This document shows, piece after piece, positions 36,351 to 45,053 of a stretch of 64,000 bases of DNA. This DNA comes from Holophagales bacterium. GTDB lineage: Bacteria > Acidobacteriota > Thermoanaerobaculia > Multivoradales > Multivoraceae. Each line of letters starts with the position of its first letter. Positions within the stretch are counted from its first letter, which is position 1. Where the stretch lies: positions 14,111-78,110 of the forward strand of contig VXUF01000048.1 in the NCBI GenBank assembly GCA_009837085.1, given 5' to 3'. The notes beneath the pieces are model-generated. The model was not told the DNA's origin. It was given only the letters and a program-made list of their open reading frames with translations, and searched no databases. A program made the position numbers and the translations under genes.

Positions 36351-38130
36351 AAGCGGCCGCCGCCGTCTGCGGCTGCCACACACTGGGTGCGCCGGCGTCC
36401 CCGCCGGCATCCGCTTTGCCCTCCTCGCGCTGACCATCGCCGCCCAACCCGCCGTCGCCCAGTTCCAGGACGGCGAGCCGGCGCCGTCGCGCAACGACCC
36501 GGCCGACACCATCCTCGACGGCGGCAACGTCTACACGCCCGACGGCTGGGCAGAGTCCATCGCGATCCGCGACGGCGTCATCGTCGCGGTCGGCAACAGC
36601 GCTTCCGTCGCCGCGTTCCGCGCCGACGCCACCGAGTTCGTCGACCTGGCGGGCCGGACCGTCTTCCCCGGCTTCCACGACGTCCACGTGCATCCGTTGA
36701 TCGCGGGCATGCAGGAGTTCTCGTGCCGGCTGCCTCCGGGCGCGACACCGGACATCATCAGCGAGTCGGTCGGCGAGTGCGCTTCAAAGGCCGAGCCGGG
36801 GGAGTGGATCAACGGCGGCAACTGGGTGGCGGCGGTGTTCGAGCCCGGCCAGCAGACCAGGCAGTTCCTCGACGCCGTGTCGCCGGACAACCCGGTCTTC
36901 CTCTACGACGAGTCCCACCACAGCGTCTGGGTCAACACGATGGCGCTGGAAGTGGCCGGCATCGACCGCGACACGCCGGACCCGGAGGGCGGGATCATCG
37001 AGCGCGACCAGGACGGCAACCCGACCGGCCTGCTGCGCGAGACGGCCAACGCGATGGTGGCTTCGGTGATTCCTCCGGCCTCGGACGCGCGGAAGATGCA
37101 GGGCATGAAGATCGCCACCGACGAGATGCTGGCCCACGGCATCACCTCGTTCACCGTCGCCTACGCGAACTCGTGGCAGCTCGGCGCGCTGGCGCAACTG
37201 GCGCGTGAGGGAACGTTGAAGCAGCGGGTGCGGGCCTGCGTCGCCTGGGCGCACAATCCGGCGCTCGCCGATGCAGCCGAGTCCCAACTCGCGATCCGGG
37301 CGACCTACGCGAGCGAGCGACTGAAGGTCGACTGCGTGAAGATCATGCTCGACGGCGTACCGACGGAGAGCCACACCGCGGCGATGCTCGCGCCCTACGA
37401 GGACTCGACCGGCGAGGACGATCCGCGGCCCAAGCTCGGGCTGCTCCTGGTGCCGCAGGAGGCGCTGAACGACGCGGTCACGGCGTTCGACCGCCAGGGG
37501 CTGCACGTCAAGATGCACGCCGCCGGCGACGGCGCGGTGCGGGCCGCGATCGACGCCGTCGCGGCGGCCCGGGAACGGAACGGCTTCGGCGGCCCGATGC
37601 ACGACGTCGGCCACAGCACCTTCGTTGACCCGGCCGACATTCCCCGGCCGCGCGAACTGGGGATGGCCTGGGAGTTCTCGCCCTACATCTGGTTCCCCAC
37701 GCCGATGGCGGCGATCGACATCCGCAAGGCGGTCGGCGACGAGCGGATGAAGCGATGGGTGCCGATCAGGGACGCCCTCGAGACGGGCGCCCTCGTGGCG
37801 GCCGGCTCGGACTGGCCGGTGGTGCCTCTGGTCGACCCGTGGCTCGCGGTCGAGACGATGGTGACCCGGCAGGTTCCCGGCGGCAGCGAGGAGACGCTCG
37901 GCCTCCAGGGACAGGTGAGGCTCGAGGACGCTCTTCGCATCATGACCTGGAACGGCGCGCGCCTGATGGGCCAGGACGACAAGGTCGGCACGATCGAGGT
38001 TGGGAAGGAGGCCGACCTCGTCGTGACCTCGCAGAACCCGTTCGACGTCGAGCCGACCCAGGTCCACCGGACGAAGGTGGAGATGACGTTCATCGCCGGC
38101 GAGAGGGTGTACACCGCCGGTGCGAACTAG
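36340..38130 (+). CDS. Amidohydrolase family protein (Amidohydro_3), exported; paralog of the preceding gene
   Basis: 596 aa. Strong aggagga SD 7 nt before ATG 36340, overlapping the upstream gene by 11 nt. PGFHDVHVHP, MLDGV, KMHAAGD, HSTF and GSDWP. Signal region RRRLRLPHTGCAGVPAGIRFALLALTIAAQPAVAQ. Confidence 0.9.
   Translation: MRSRSGRRRLRLPHTGCAGVPAGIRFALLALTIAAQPAVAQFQDGEPAPSRNDPADTILDGGNVYTPDGWAESIAIRDGVIVAVGNSASVAAFRADATEFVDLAGRTVFPGFHDVHVHPLIAGMQEFSCRLPPGATPDIISESVGECASKAEPGEWINGGNWVAAVFEPGQQTRQFLDAVSPDNPVFLYDESHHSVWVNTMALEVAGIDRDTPDPEGGIIERDQDGNPTGLLRETANAMVASVIPPASDARKMQGMKIATDEMLAHGITSFTVAYANSWQLGALAQLAREGTLKQRVRACVAWAHNPALADAAESQLAIRATYASERLKVDCVKIMLDGVPTESHTAAMLAPYEDSTGEDDPRPKLGLLLVPQEALNDAVTAFDRQGLHVKMHAAGDGAVRAAIDAVAAARERNGFGGPMHDVGHSTFVDPADIPRPRELGMAWEFSPYIWFPTPMAAIDIRKAVGDERMKRWVPIRDALETGALVAAGSDWPVVPLVDPWLAVETMVTRQVPGGSEETLGLQGQVRLEDALRIMTWNGARLMGQDDKVGTIEVGKEADLVVTSQNPFDVEPTQVHRTKVEMTFIAGERVYTAGAN
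36379..36413 (+). repeat. Hairpin repeat copy R9 (short/truncated) inside the signal-peptide coding region
   Basis: cacactgggtgcgccggcgtccccgccggcatccgc. Confidence 0.85.
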
Positions 38131-40993
38131 GGCGGAGCCGGCCTTTCGGCCGGCGCGTGCTTCTGGCCGCCTTCGGCGGCAGCCGGCGGGGACGCCGGCG
38201 CACCCAGTCTGTGCGGCGCGAGGTGCTGGCTGGCTCGTCCTTGGGATCGTGCTTCGGTTGCTCGCGGCCGCGCCCGTCGCGGCCGCCGAGCCGGACGCGC
38301 GCGCCCTCTACCGCCTCCATTGCGGCGGCTGTCACGGGCAGGCGCTCGAAGGCGGGCTCGCGGAGCCGCTGATCAAGTCGGACTGGCGGTTCGGCCGGGA
38401 CGGCTTCTCGGTGGAGAGCAACATCCGGCACGGCATCCCGGGCACCGACATGCCGGGCTACCTCGGCGAACTCTCGAACGAGGAGATGGCGGCGCTCGTC
38501 GAGCTGATCTACAGCCTGCAGACGGAGGAGGTCTGGATCGCGAAGCCGCTGCCGCCGGCGGTCGAGACGGAGCACTACACGCTCCGGGTCGAGTACCTGG
38601 CCACCGACGAACTGGAGAACCCCTGGGGCATCGAGTTCACGGGTCCGTCGGAAGCGCTGATCTCCGAGGACGCGGGGTACCTGATCCGGTACCGGGACGG
38701 CAGGGTGGATCCGGAGCGGATTACGGGGCTGCCGCCGGTTGACCTCGCGACCTCGACCGGCGGGCTGATGGACATCGCGCTCGATCCGGACTATGCGGAG
38801 AACGGATGGGTCTACGCGGCGATCAGCCACTCGGAAGATCCGAACGACCGCTACGCCCGCGGGCTGACCCGGATCATCCGCGGCCGGGTCGACGGCAACC
38901 GCTGGCGGGACACGGAGTACCTCTTCCGGCTCGATCCCGGGTACCACCTGCCCGACAGCAAGCACTGGGGCGGCCGCCTGCTGTTCGACCGCGACGGCTT
39001 CCTCTACTTCTCGATCGGCGACATGAGCGCGGCGATGAACTCGCAGGATCCGGCCATGCCGTCGGGCAAGGTGTTCCGCATCCGGCCCGACGGCGGCATC
39101 CCGGACGACAACCCCTTCGCCGGCCAGGACGGAGCGCTCGGCGCGGTGTTCACTCTCGGCAACCGGAACGTCCAGGGCATGGCGCAGCATCCGGAGACCG
39201 GCGGGATCTGGGCCGCCGAGCACGGTCCGCGCGGCGGCGACGAACTGAATCTCCTCGTCAAGGGCCGGAACTACGGCTGGCCGGTCGTGACGTTCGGCGT
39301 CAACTACGACGGCTCGGTGATCAGCGACCGGACCCGCGCCGACGGCATCGAGCCCCCGGTCGTCGAGTGGACGCCGGCGCTCGCCGTCGGCCCGATCGAG
39401 TTCGTGGCGAGCCCGGCTTTCGAGCAGTGGCGAGGCAACCTGCTGGTCGGTTCGCTCTCCTTCGAGGAACTCCGGCGCCTGGAGCTCGACGGCGGCCGGG
39501 TCACTCGCCAGGAACTCCTGTTCAAGGGCCATGGCCGCATCCGCGACATCAAGACCGGCCCCGACGGCGCGATCTACCTGCTCCTCAACAACCCCGGCGC
39601 CCTGGTCCGCCTGACGGCCGCCGAGACGACCAACGTCACCGCGATCGAACACGCGGCCCTCATCCCGATGACTTCGCGCACGCCGCTCGTGCTGGAGGAT
39701 CACACCCTGGTCGTCCGCGACGAACGGATCGCCGACATCTGCCCCAGCAGCCCAGGCTGCACGCCGGCGGATGCCCGCGTCGTCGACGGCGCCGGCAAGT
39801 TCGTCATCCCGGCGCTCGCCGACATGCACAACCACTTCGATGGCTTCGCCTGGGACGGCACGGACGCCTCACGCATCCGGATGCGCGACCAGAACCTGAG
39901 GCAGTACGTCATGTTCGGGGTCGCCACGGCGAGGGACCCCTCCGGCGGCCCCCTGGTCCTGGAGGCGCGCGACGCGATCGAGCGCGGCGAGCTGTTCGGG
40001 CCGCGGATCTTCGTTTCGTCGCCGCTGATGGACGGCGACCCGCCGCTCTTCCCGATTCCGCGGACGTTCACGGAGCCCGGGGAGGCGGCTGACTTCGTCC
40101 GCCGGAGCGCGGCGGAAGGGTACGACCTGGCCAAGGTCTACACCACGCTCAGCCTCAAGGTGTTCGACGCGGTGATGGCGGCCGCCGCGGAGGTGGGCCT
40201 TACGGTCGCGGCCCACGTGCCGATCCGCGTGCCCCTGGAGCACGCCCTGGAGCGCGGGCTGCGCTCGATCGAGCACCTGACCGGCTACGACGTCGCCTGC
40301 GCGGCCCCGCACGTGAAGATGGAGCCGGTCCGGCAGGACATCTACCAGGGCTGGGCGTGGTGCTCGCCGGAGAAGGTGGCCGAGCTGGCGGCGCTGACCG
40401 CGAAGTACGAGGTCTGGAACGTGCCGACCCTCGCCCTGTGGGACAGCACGGTGACCGAGTTCGACCGGCCGCAGCGCGACGCGGGCGAGATCGGCAAGTA
40501 CGAGCACCCGACGACGCCCGGCGGCATCGAGTGGCTCTACACCCTGTACGGACCGCGCGAGCGGGCGGGGATCACCGGGACGCGCTCGGTGCGGCTCGGC
40601 CTGGTCAAGGCGCTCCACGACGCGGGCGCGCCGCTCCTCGTCGGCACCGACATCTCGGCCACCGGCTATACCGTCCACCGGGAGATGGGCCTCTTCGTCG
40701 AGGCCGGCCTGACGCCGTACCAGACGCTGGAAGCCGCGACCTCGGAGGCGGCCCGCTACATGGACCGGGAAGGCGAGTTCGGGGTGCTCGCCACGGGCGC
40801 GCGGGGCGACGTTCTGCTCCTGGACGCGAACCCGCTCGACGACATCGGCAACGCACGTAGGATCCGCGGCCTGATGTTCCGCGACAGGTGGTGGTCGAAG
40901 CAGGCGATCGACGCCGAGCTGGAAGCGATCCAGCGCGAGTACGCGGAAGACGAGGCGCGTCTGCGGGAACTGGGGATCGGACCGCGGCCGTGA
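38120..40993 (+). CDS. Three-domain fusion: cytochrome c + PQQ-dependent sugar (glucose/sorbosone) dehydrogenase + amidohydrolase, exported
   Basis: 957 aa. CGGCH at about aa 68-72. The sGDH-like six-blade region runs about aa 150-500 (ENPWGIEF, GGLMDIALDP, HWGGRLLFDRDGFLYFSIGD, GKVFRIRPDG, GNRNVQGMA, EHGPRGGDELN, GRNYGWP). The amidohydrolase runs from about aa 505 (ADMHNHF, AAHV, IEHL, VGTD). GTG 38120 overlaps the upstream gene. Confidence 0.85.
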   Translation: MRTRAEPAFRPARASGRLRRQPAGTPAHPVCAARGAGWLVLGIVLRLLAAAPVAAAEPDARALYRLHCGGCHGQALEGGLAEPLIKSDWRFGRDGFSVESNIRHGIPGTDMPGYLGELSNEEMAALVELIYSLQTEEVWIAKPLPPAVETEHYTLRVEYLATDELENPWGIEFTGPSEALISEDAGYLIRYRDGRVDPERITGLPPVDLATSTGGLMDIALDPDYAENGWVYAAISHSEDPNDRYARGLTRIIRGRVDGNRWRDTEYLFRLDPGYHLPDSKHWGGRLLFDRDGFLYFSIGDMSAAMNSQDPAMPSGKVFRIRPDGGIPDDNPFAGQDGALGAVFTLGNRNVQGMAQHPETGGIWAAEHGPRGGDELNLLVKGRNYGWPVVTFGVNYDGSVISDRTRADGIEPPVVEWTPALAVGPIEFVASPAFEQWRGNLLVGSLSFEELRRLELDGGRVTRQELLFKGHGRIRDIKTGPDGAIYLLLNNPGALVRLTAAETTNVTAIEHAALIPMTSRTPLVLEDHTLVVRDERIADICPSSPGCTPADARVVDGAGKFVIPALADMHNHFDGFAWDGTDASRIRMRDQNLRQYVMFGVATARDPSGGPLVLEARDAIERGELFGPRIFVSSPLMDGDPPLFPIPRTFTEPGEAADFVRRSAAEGYDLAKVYTTLSLKVFDAVMAAAAEVGLTVAAHVPIRVPLEHALERGLRSIEHLTGYDVACAAPHVKMEPVRQDIYQGWAWCSPEKVAELAALTAKYEVWNVPTLALWDSTVTEFDRPQRDAGEIGKYEHPTTPGGIEWLYTLYGPRERAGITGTRSVRLGLVKALHDAGAPLLVGTDISATGYTVHREMGLFVEAGLTPYQTLEAATSEAARYMDREGEFGVLATGARGDVLLLDANPLDDIGNARRIRGLMFRDRWWSKQAIDAELEAIQREYAEDEARLRELGIGPRP
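38131..38213 (-). repeat. Hairpin repeat copy R10 (long form, inverted) inside the 5' coding region of the fusion gene
   Basis: The reverse complement reads cacagactgggtgcgccggcgtccccgccggc tgccgccgaaggcggc ... gccggccgaaaggccggc. In the gene frame it is translated as AFRPARASGRLRRQPAGTPAHPV. Confidence 0.9.
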
Positions 40994-42435
40994 GCGAAGG
41001 CGCGCCCCAGTCCCTGCGCTCAGGCGCGCTCGGCCTCTGGGGCGTCGTGTTCCTGGTCGTCGGCTCGGCGGCGCCGCTGACGTCGATGATGGGCGCGGTG
41101 CCGCCGCCGCTGTCGATCGGCAACGGCATCGGCGCGCCCGGGGCCTGGGTGCTGACGGGTCTGGTGCTGACCCTGTTCGCGGTCGGCTACGCGACGATGA
41201 GCCGGTTCGTCACGAACGCCGGCGCGTTCTACGCCTACATCGCGCGCGGCCTCGGGCGGCCGGCGGGCCTGGGGGGCGCGCTGGTGGCCGTCCTCTCCTA
41301 CAACACGATCCAGTGCGCGCTTTGGGGGCTGTTCGGCTTCTTCTCCGTGAACATCCTGAATCCCAAGCTGGGCGTCGACGTCGCTTGGTACTGGTGGTCC
41401 TTCGTGCTGATGGCGATCACCGCGGTGCTCGGCTACTTCGGGATCGAGATCTCGGCCAGGGTCCTGGGCGTGCTGCTGATCCTCGAGGTCCTCGTCCTCC
41501 TGGTGCTCGACGTCGCCGTCGTGTTCACCGGCGGCGCGAGCGGCCTCCAACTCAACTCGTTCAACCCGGCCGAGATCTTCTCGGGCGCGCCGGGGGTGAC
41601 CTTCGTCTTCGCCTTCGCGACGTTCGTCGGCTTCGAGGCGACCGCGATCTACGGCGAAGAGACCCGGGATCCGAAGCGCACCGTGCCGCGGGCGACCTAC
41701 GTGGCGGTGGCGATCATCACCGTCTTCTACGCCCTGACCTCCTGGTCGATCGTCCAGGCCTACGGCGAGGACGAGGCCGTCGCCGCGGCCACCGGGAATC
41801 CGGACGGGCTGTTCCTGGACGCGAGTGCGAGCTACGTCCACCCGCTGTCGGCGAGCATGATGGAGTGGCTCATCCTCACCTCCATCTTCGCCGCCCTGCT
41901 GGCGTTCCACAACGCGGCCGCGCGCTACTTCTACGCGATGGCGCGGGAGGGCCTGCTGCCGCGGCGGATCGCCCGCACCCACCCGCGCTACGGCTCGCCC
42001 TACCTCGCCGGACTCCTGCAGGCCGAGGTCGCCTTCGTCATCACGCTGGTCTTCGTGCTGGCCGGACTGGATCCGTACGCCGGCCTGTTCGCCTGGCTGA
42101 GCGGCATCGCGGCGCTGGGGATCATCGGCCTGCAGTGCCTGACCTCGCTGTCCGTCATCGCGTTCTTCCGGCGGACCGGTCTGGACGCGCGGCCGTGGCA
42201 CACGAAGGTGGCGCCGGGGCTGGGCGCGCTCGGCCTGGCGGCGGCGATGGTGTTCGTCGTCGTCAACTGGGACGCGCTGACCGGGGCGAGCACCGGCCTG
42301 GTCGGCTCGCTGTGGGCTGCCGTGCCGATCTTCTTCGTGTGCGGCGTCGTCTGGGCCGCCGCCATCCGCCGCCGCGACGCCGCGGCCTACGAACGCCTGG
42401 GCCACTTCATCGACGAATCACCGGACGCGGCGTAG
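40990..42435 (+). CDS. APC superfamily amino acid/polyamine permease
   Basis: 481 aa from GTG 40990 (GTGA overlap with the upstream stop). About 12 TM helices, with GAPGAWVLTGLV...GYATMS and the FVGFEATAIYGEE motif. Confidence 0.9.
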   Translation: MSEGAPQSLRSGALGLWGVVFLVVGSAAPLTSMMGAVPPPLSIGNGIGAPGAWVLTGLVLTLFAVGYATMSRFVTNAGAFYAYIARGLGRPAGLGGALVAVLSYNTIQCALWGLFGFFSVNILNPKLGVDVAWYWWSFVLMAITAVLGYFGIEISARVLGVLLILEVLVLLVLDVAVVFTGGASGLQLNSFNPAEIFSGAPGVTFVFAFATFVGFEATAIYGEETRDPKRTVPRATYVAVAIITVFYALTSWSIVQAYGEDEAVAAATGNPDGLFLDASASYVHPLSASMMEWLILTSIFAALLAFHNAAARYFYAMAREGLLPRRIARTHPRYGSPYLAGLLQAEVAFVITLVFVLAGLDPYAGLFAWLSGIAALGIIGLQCLTSLSVIAFFRRTGLDARPWHTKVAPGLGALGLAAAMVFVVVNWDALTGASTGLVGSLWAAVPIFFVCGVVWAAAIRRRDAAAYERLGHFIDESPDAA

Positions 42436-42465
42436 CTGAAGCCACGTCGTCAAAAGGGACTGCAC

Positions 42466-43791
42466 ATGAGCGACATCGAACGCACCGAACAGCTCGTCGA
42501 GCAGGGCGCCAGGACACTGCGGGTCATGTACCCCGACCTCCACGGGATCGCCCGCGGCAAGGACCTGGTGCTCGCCGACGCCGGCCACGAGATCGAGGAC
42601 GGGGTCGCCTTCTGCTCGGCGATCATGACCACGGACCTGGCGCACACGCCGGTGATGGGCGGCGAGATCGGTTACCCGGACTTCTTCGCGCGGCCGGATC
42701 TCTCGACCGCCGCGGCGCTGCCGTGGGCGCCGGACGTCGCCGCCTGCCTGGTGGACCTGGTCGACGAGGAGGGCAATCCCCATCCGTTTGACCCGCGCGG
42801 CGCGGTGCGGCGGGCGGCGGACGGCCTGGCCGAGCTGGATCTTCTGCCGATCGTCGGCCCGGAGCTCGAGTTCTTCCTGTTCAAGCCGGACGACGCCGCT
42901 CCGGAAGGCGCCGTCCGCTACGTCGACACGCTGTCGCGGGTCTACACCGTCGGCGCCGAGAGCGACCCGGGCGGCATCTCGGGCCGGATGCTCCACGCCT
43001 GCGCCGAGATGGGCCTGGGCGCCTACGCCGCGAACCACGAGTTCATGAACTCCCAGTACGAGATCAACCTCCGCCACGGCCCCGCCCTCGACGCCGCCGA
43101 CCGCGCCTTCCGTCTCAAGGCGACGGTCAAGGAGATGGCCGTGCTGGAGGAGATGCGGGCCACCTTCATGGGCCGGCCGTTCAACGACCAGGGCGGTTCG
43201 GGGCTCCACCTCCACGTGTCGCTCCAGGACGGCGACGGCGCCAACCGGATCGGCGATCCGGCGGGCCCGGACGGCCTGAGCGCGGCCGCGCTCTCCTTCA
43301 TCGCCGGCGTGCTGGAGCACGCCGGGGCGCTGATGGCCTTCCTCAACCCGACGGTCAACGCGTTCAAGCGGATCGCGCCCGACTCGCTGGCGCCGATCAA
43401 CGTCTCCTGGGGCCTCGACAACCGGACGACCTTCGTCCGCGTGCCGCCCGAGCGCGGCAAGGCGGCCCGCCTGGAGATCCGTGTCGGCGACGGCACGGCG
43501 AACTGCCACCTGGCGATCGCCGCGCTGCTCCAGGCCGGGCTCGACGGCGTGCGGCGGGAACTCGAGGCGCCGGAACAGACCGCGGGCGACGCCTACCGGC
43601 GGGAGGATCTCGCCCCGCTGCCGAGCTCCCTCGACCAGGCCCTCGACGCGCTGGAGGCCGACGAACTGCTTTGCGACGGCGTCGGCCGCGAGATCGTCGA
43701 CGCCTTCCTGACCCTCAAGCGCTTCGAGCTCGAGCGCTACCACGGCTGGGTGACCGACTGGGAGCGCAACGAGTACAGGATTCAACTCTAG
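42466..43791 (+). CDS. Glutamine-synthetase-like gamma-glutamyl-amide (gamma-glutamylpolyamine/alkylamine) synthetase
   Basis: 441 aa. GPELEFFLF, NHEFMNSQYEINL, GSGLHLHVSL, NAFKRI and the RVGDG motif match GS catalytic-domain signatures. The size and absence of an adenylylation loop fit the PuuA/GlnA2-4-like class. Confidence 0.9.
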   Translation: MSDIERTEQLVEQGARTLRVMYPDLHGIARGKDLVLADAGHEIEDGVAFCSAIMTTDLAHTPVMGGEIGYPDFFARPDLSTAAALPWAPDVAACLVDLVDEEGNPHPFDPRGAVRRAADGLAELDLLPIVGPELEFFLFKPDDAAPEGAVRYVDTLSRVYTVGAESDPGGISGRMLHACAEMGLGAYAANHEFMNSQYEINLRHGPALDAADRAFRLKATVKEMAVLEEMRATFMGRPFNDQGGSGLHLHVSLQDGDGANRIGDPAGPDGLSAAALSFIAGVLEHAGALMAFLNPTVNAFKRIAPDSLAPINVSWGLDNRTTFVRVPPERGKAARLEIRVGDGTANCHLAIAALLQAGLDGVRRELEAPEQTAGDAYRREDLAPLPSSLDQALDALEADELLCDGVGREIVDAFLTLKRFELERYHGWVTDWERNEYRIQL

Positions 43792-43802
43792 GGACTGGGC
43801 CG

Positions 43803-45053
43803 GTGGCGCACGCAGCCAACGCCTCGCTCGCGGCCGAGATCGACCTCTGCGATCACGACCGGTTCGCCCAGGGTGTGCCGCACGAGTGGTTCGCCCGGCT
43901 GCGGGCGGAGGCGCCGGTGTACTGGCAGCCGGAGCCGAAGGGCCCCGGCTTCTGGTCGATCACGCGGCACGAGGATGTCGTCCGCGTCTCGAAGGACCCG
44001 AAGCGCTTCTCGTCCGAAGTCGGCGGCACCTCGCTCGAGGACCTGGAGCCGGAGCACGTCGAGGCCCGCAAGTCGATGATCGACATGGATCCGCCACGCC
44101 ACTACAAGCTGCGGTCGCTGATCAGCAAGCGTTTCCTGCCGCGGGCGCTCACCGCCTTCTCGGACCACATCCGGCAACTGTTCCGGGGCATTCTGGAGAC
44201 CGCAATCGCCCGGGGCGACTTCGACTTCGTCGACGACGTGGCGGTCGAGCTGCCGATGCGGGTGTTCGCCGAGATGCTGGGCGCGCCCCAGGAGGACCGG
44301 CGGTTGATCGTCGACATCGGCAATCGCATCCTCGGCGCGACCGACCCGGAGTACGTCGACGACTACGAGACGGAGCGGGAGCGCTTCAAGCACCTGCCGT
44401 TCTCGAGCCCGGCGAGTCTCGAGATGTTCGAGTACGGGCGGAAGCTGGCGGCGCAGCGCCGCGCCGAACCGCGCGACGACATCGTGACCGACCTGGTGTT
44501 CGCCGAGGTCGACGGCGAGCCGCTCACGCCGCACGAGTTCGATCTCTACTTTCTGCTGCTGGCGGCGGCCGGCAACGAGACGACGCGCCACTCGCTGTCG
44601 GGCGGCATGCACGAGCTGCTGCGCCAGCCCGACGAGGGGTTGCGCGTGGTCGCGGGCGACGAGGACCTCGCGACAACCGCCGCCGACGAGGTGCTGCGGA
44701 CGGTGACGGCGGTTCACCACTTCCGCCGCACGGCGACCGAGGACGTCGAGATGCGCGGCGAGGTCGTCCGCGCCGGCGACAAGGTCGCGATGTGGTACAC
44801 GAGCGCCAACCGGGACGAGGACGTGTTCGAGGATCCCTACAGATTCGATGTCGGCCGCAAGCCGAACCGGCACCTGACCTTCGGCATCGGGCCGCACTTC
44901 TGCCTGGGCGCGTACCTGGCGCGGCTCGAGATCAAGATCGCGCTGGAGGAGCTGCGGCCCCATCTCGGTCGCCTCGAACTGGTCTCGGAGCCGGAGCGGC
45001 TGCGCTCCAACTTCTTCAACGGCATGAAGCACATGGGAGTTCGCTACCGATGA
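43803..45053 (+). CDS. Cytochrome P450 monooxygenase
   Basis: 416 aa from GTG 43803. I-helix AAAGNETTRH, ExxR (EVLR), and heme loop FGIGPHFCLGAYLAR. Confidence 0.93.
   Translation: MAHAANASLAAEIDLCDHDRFAQGVPHEWFARLRAEAPVYWQPEPKGPGFWSITRHEDVVRVSKDPKRFSSEVGGTSLEDLEPEHVEARKSMIDMDPPRHYKLRSLISKRFLPRALTAFSDHIRQLFRGILETAIARGDFDFVDDVAVELPMRVFAEMLGAPQEDRRLIVDIGNRILGATDPEYVDDYETERERFKHLPFSSPASLEMFEYGRKLAAQRRAEPRDDIVTDLVFAEVDGEPLTPHEFDLYFLLLAAAGNETTRHSLSGGMHELLRQPDEGLRVVAGDEDLATTAADEVLRTVTAVHHFRRTATEDVEMRGEVVRAGDKVAMWYTSANRDEDVFEDPYRFDVGRKPNRHLTFGIGPHFCLGAYLARLEIKIALEELRPHLGRLELVSEPERLRSNFFNGMKHMGVRYR

Noticed and set aside
32015-38213. Repeats preceding four consecutive genes as integron attC sites or a gene-cassette array.
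   Set aside because: The repeats lie inside the coding 5' ends, with upstream starts overlapping the previous gene, rather than between a stop and the next cassette. There is no intI or attI, no GTTRRRY-type conserved ends, one copy is inverted, and the same element occurs between convergent and divergent genes elsewhere.
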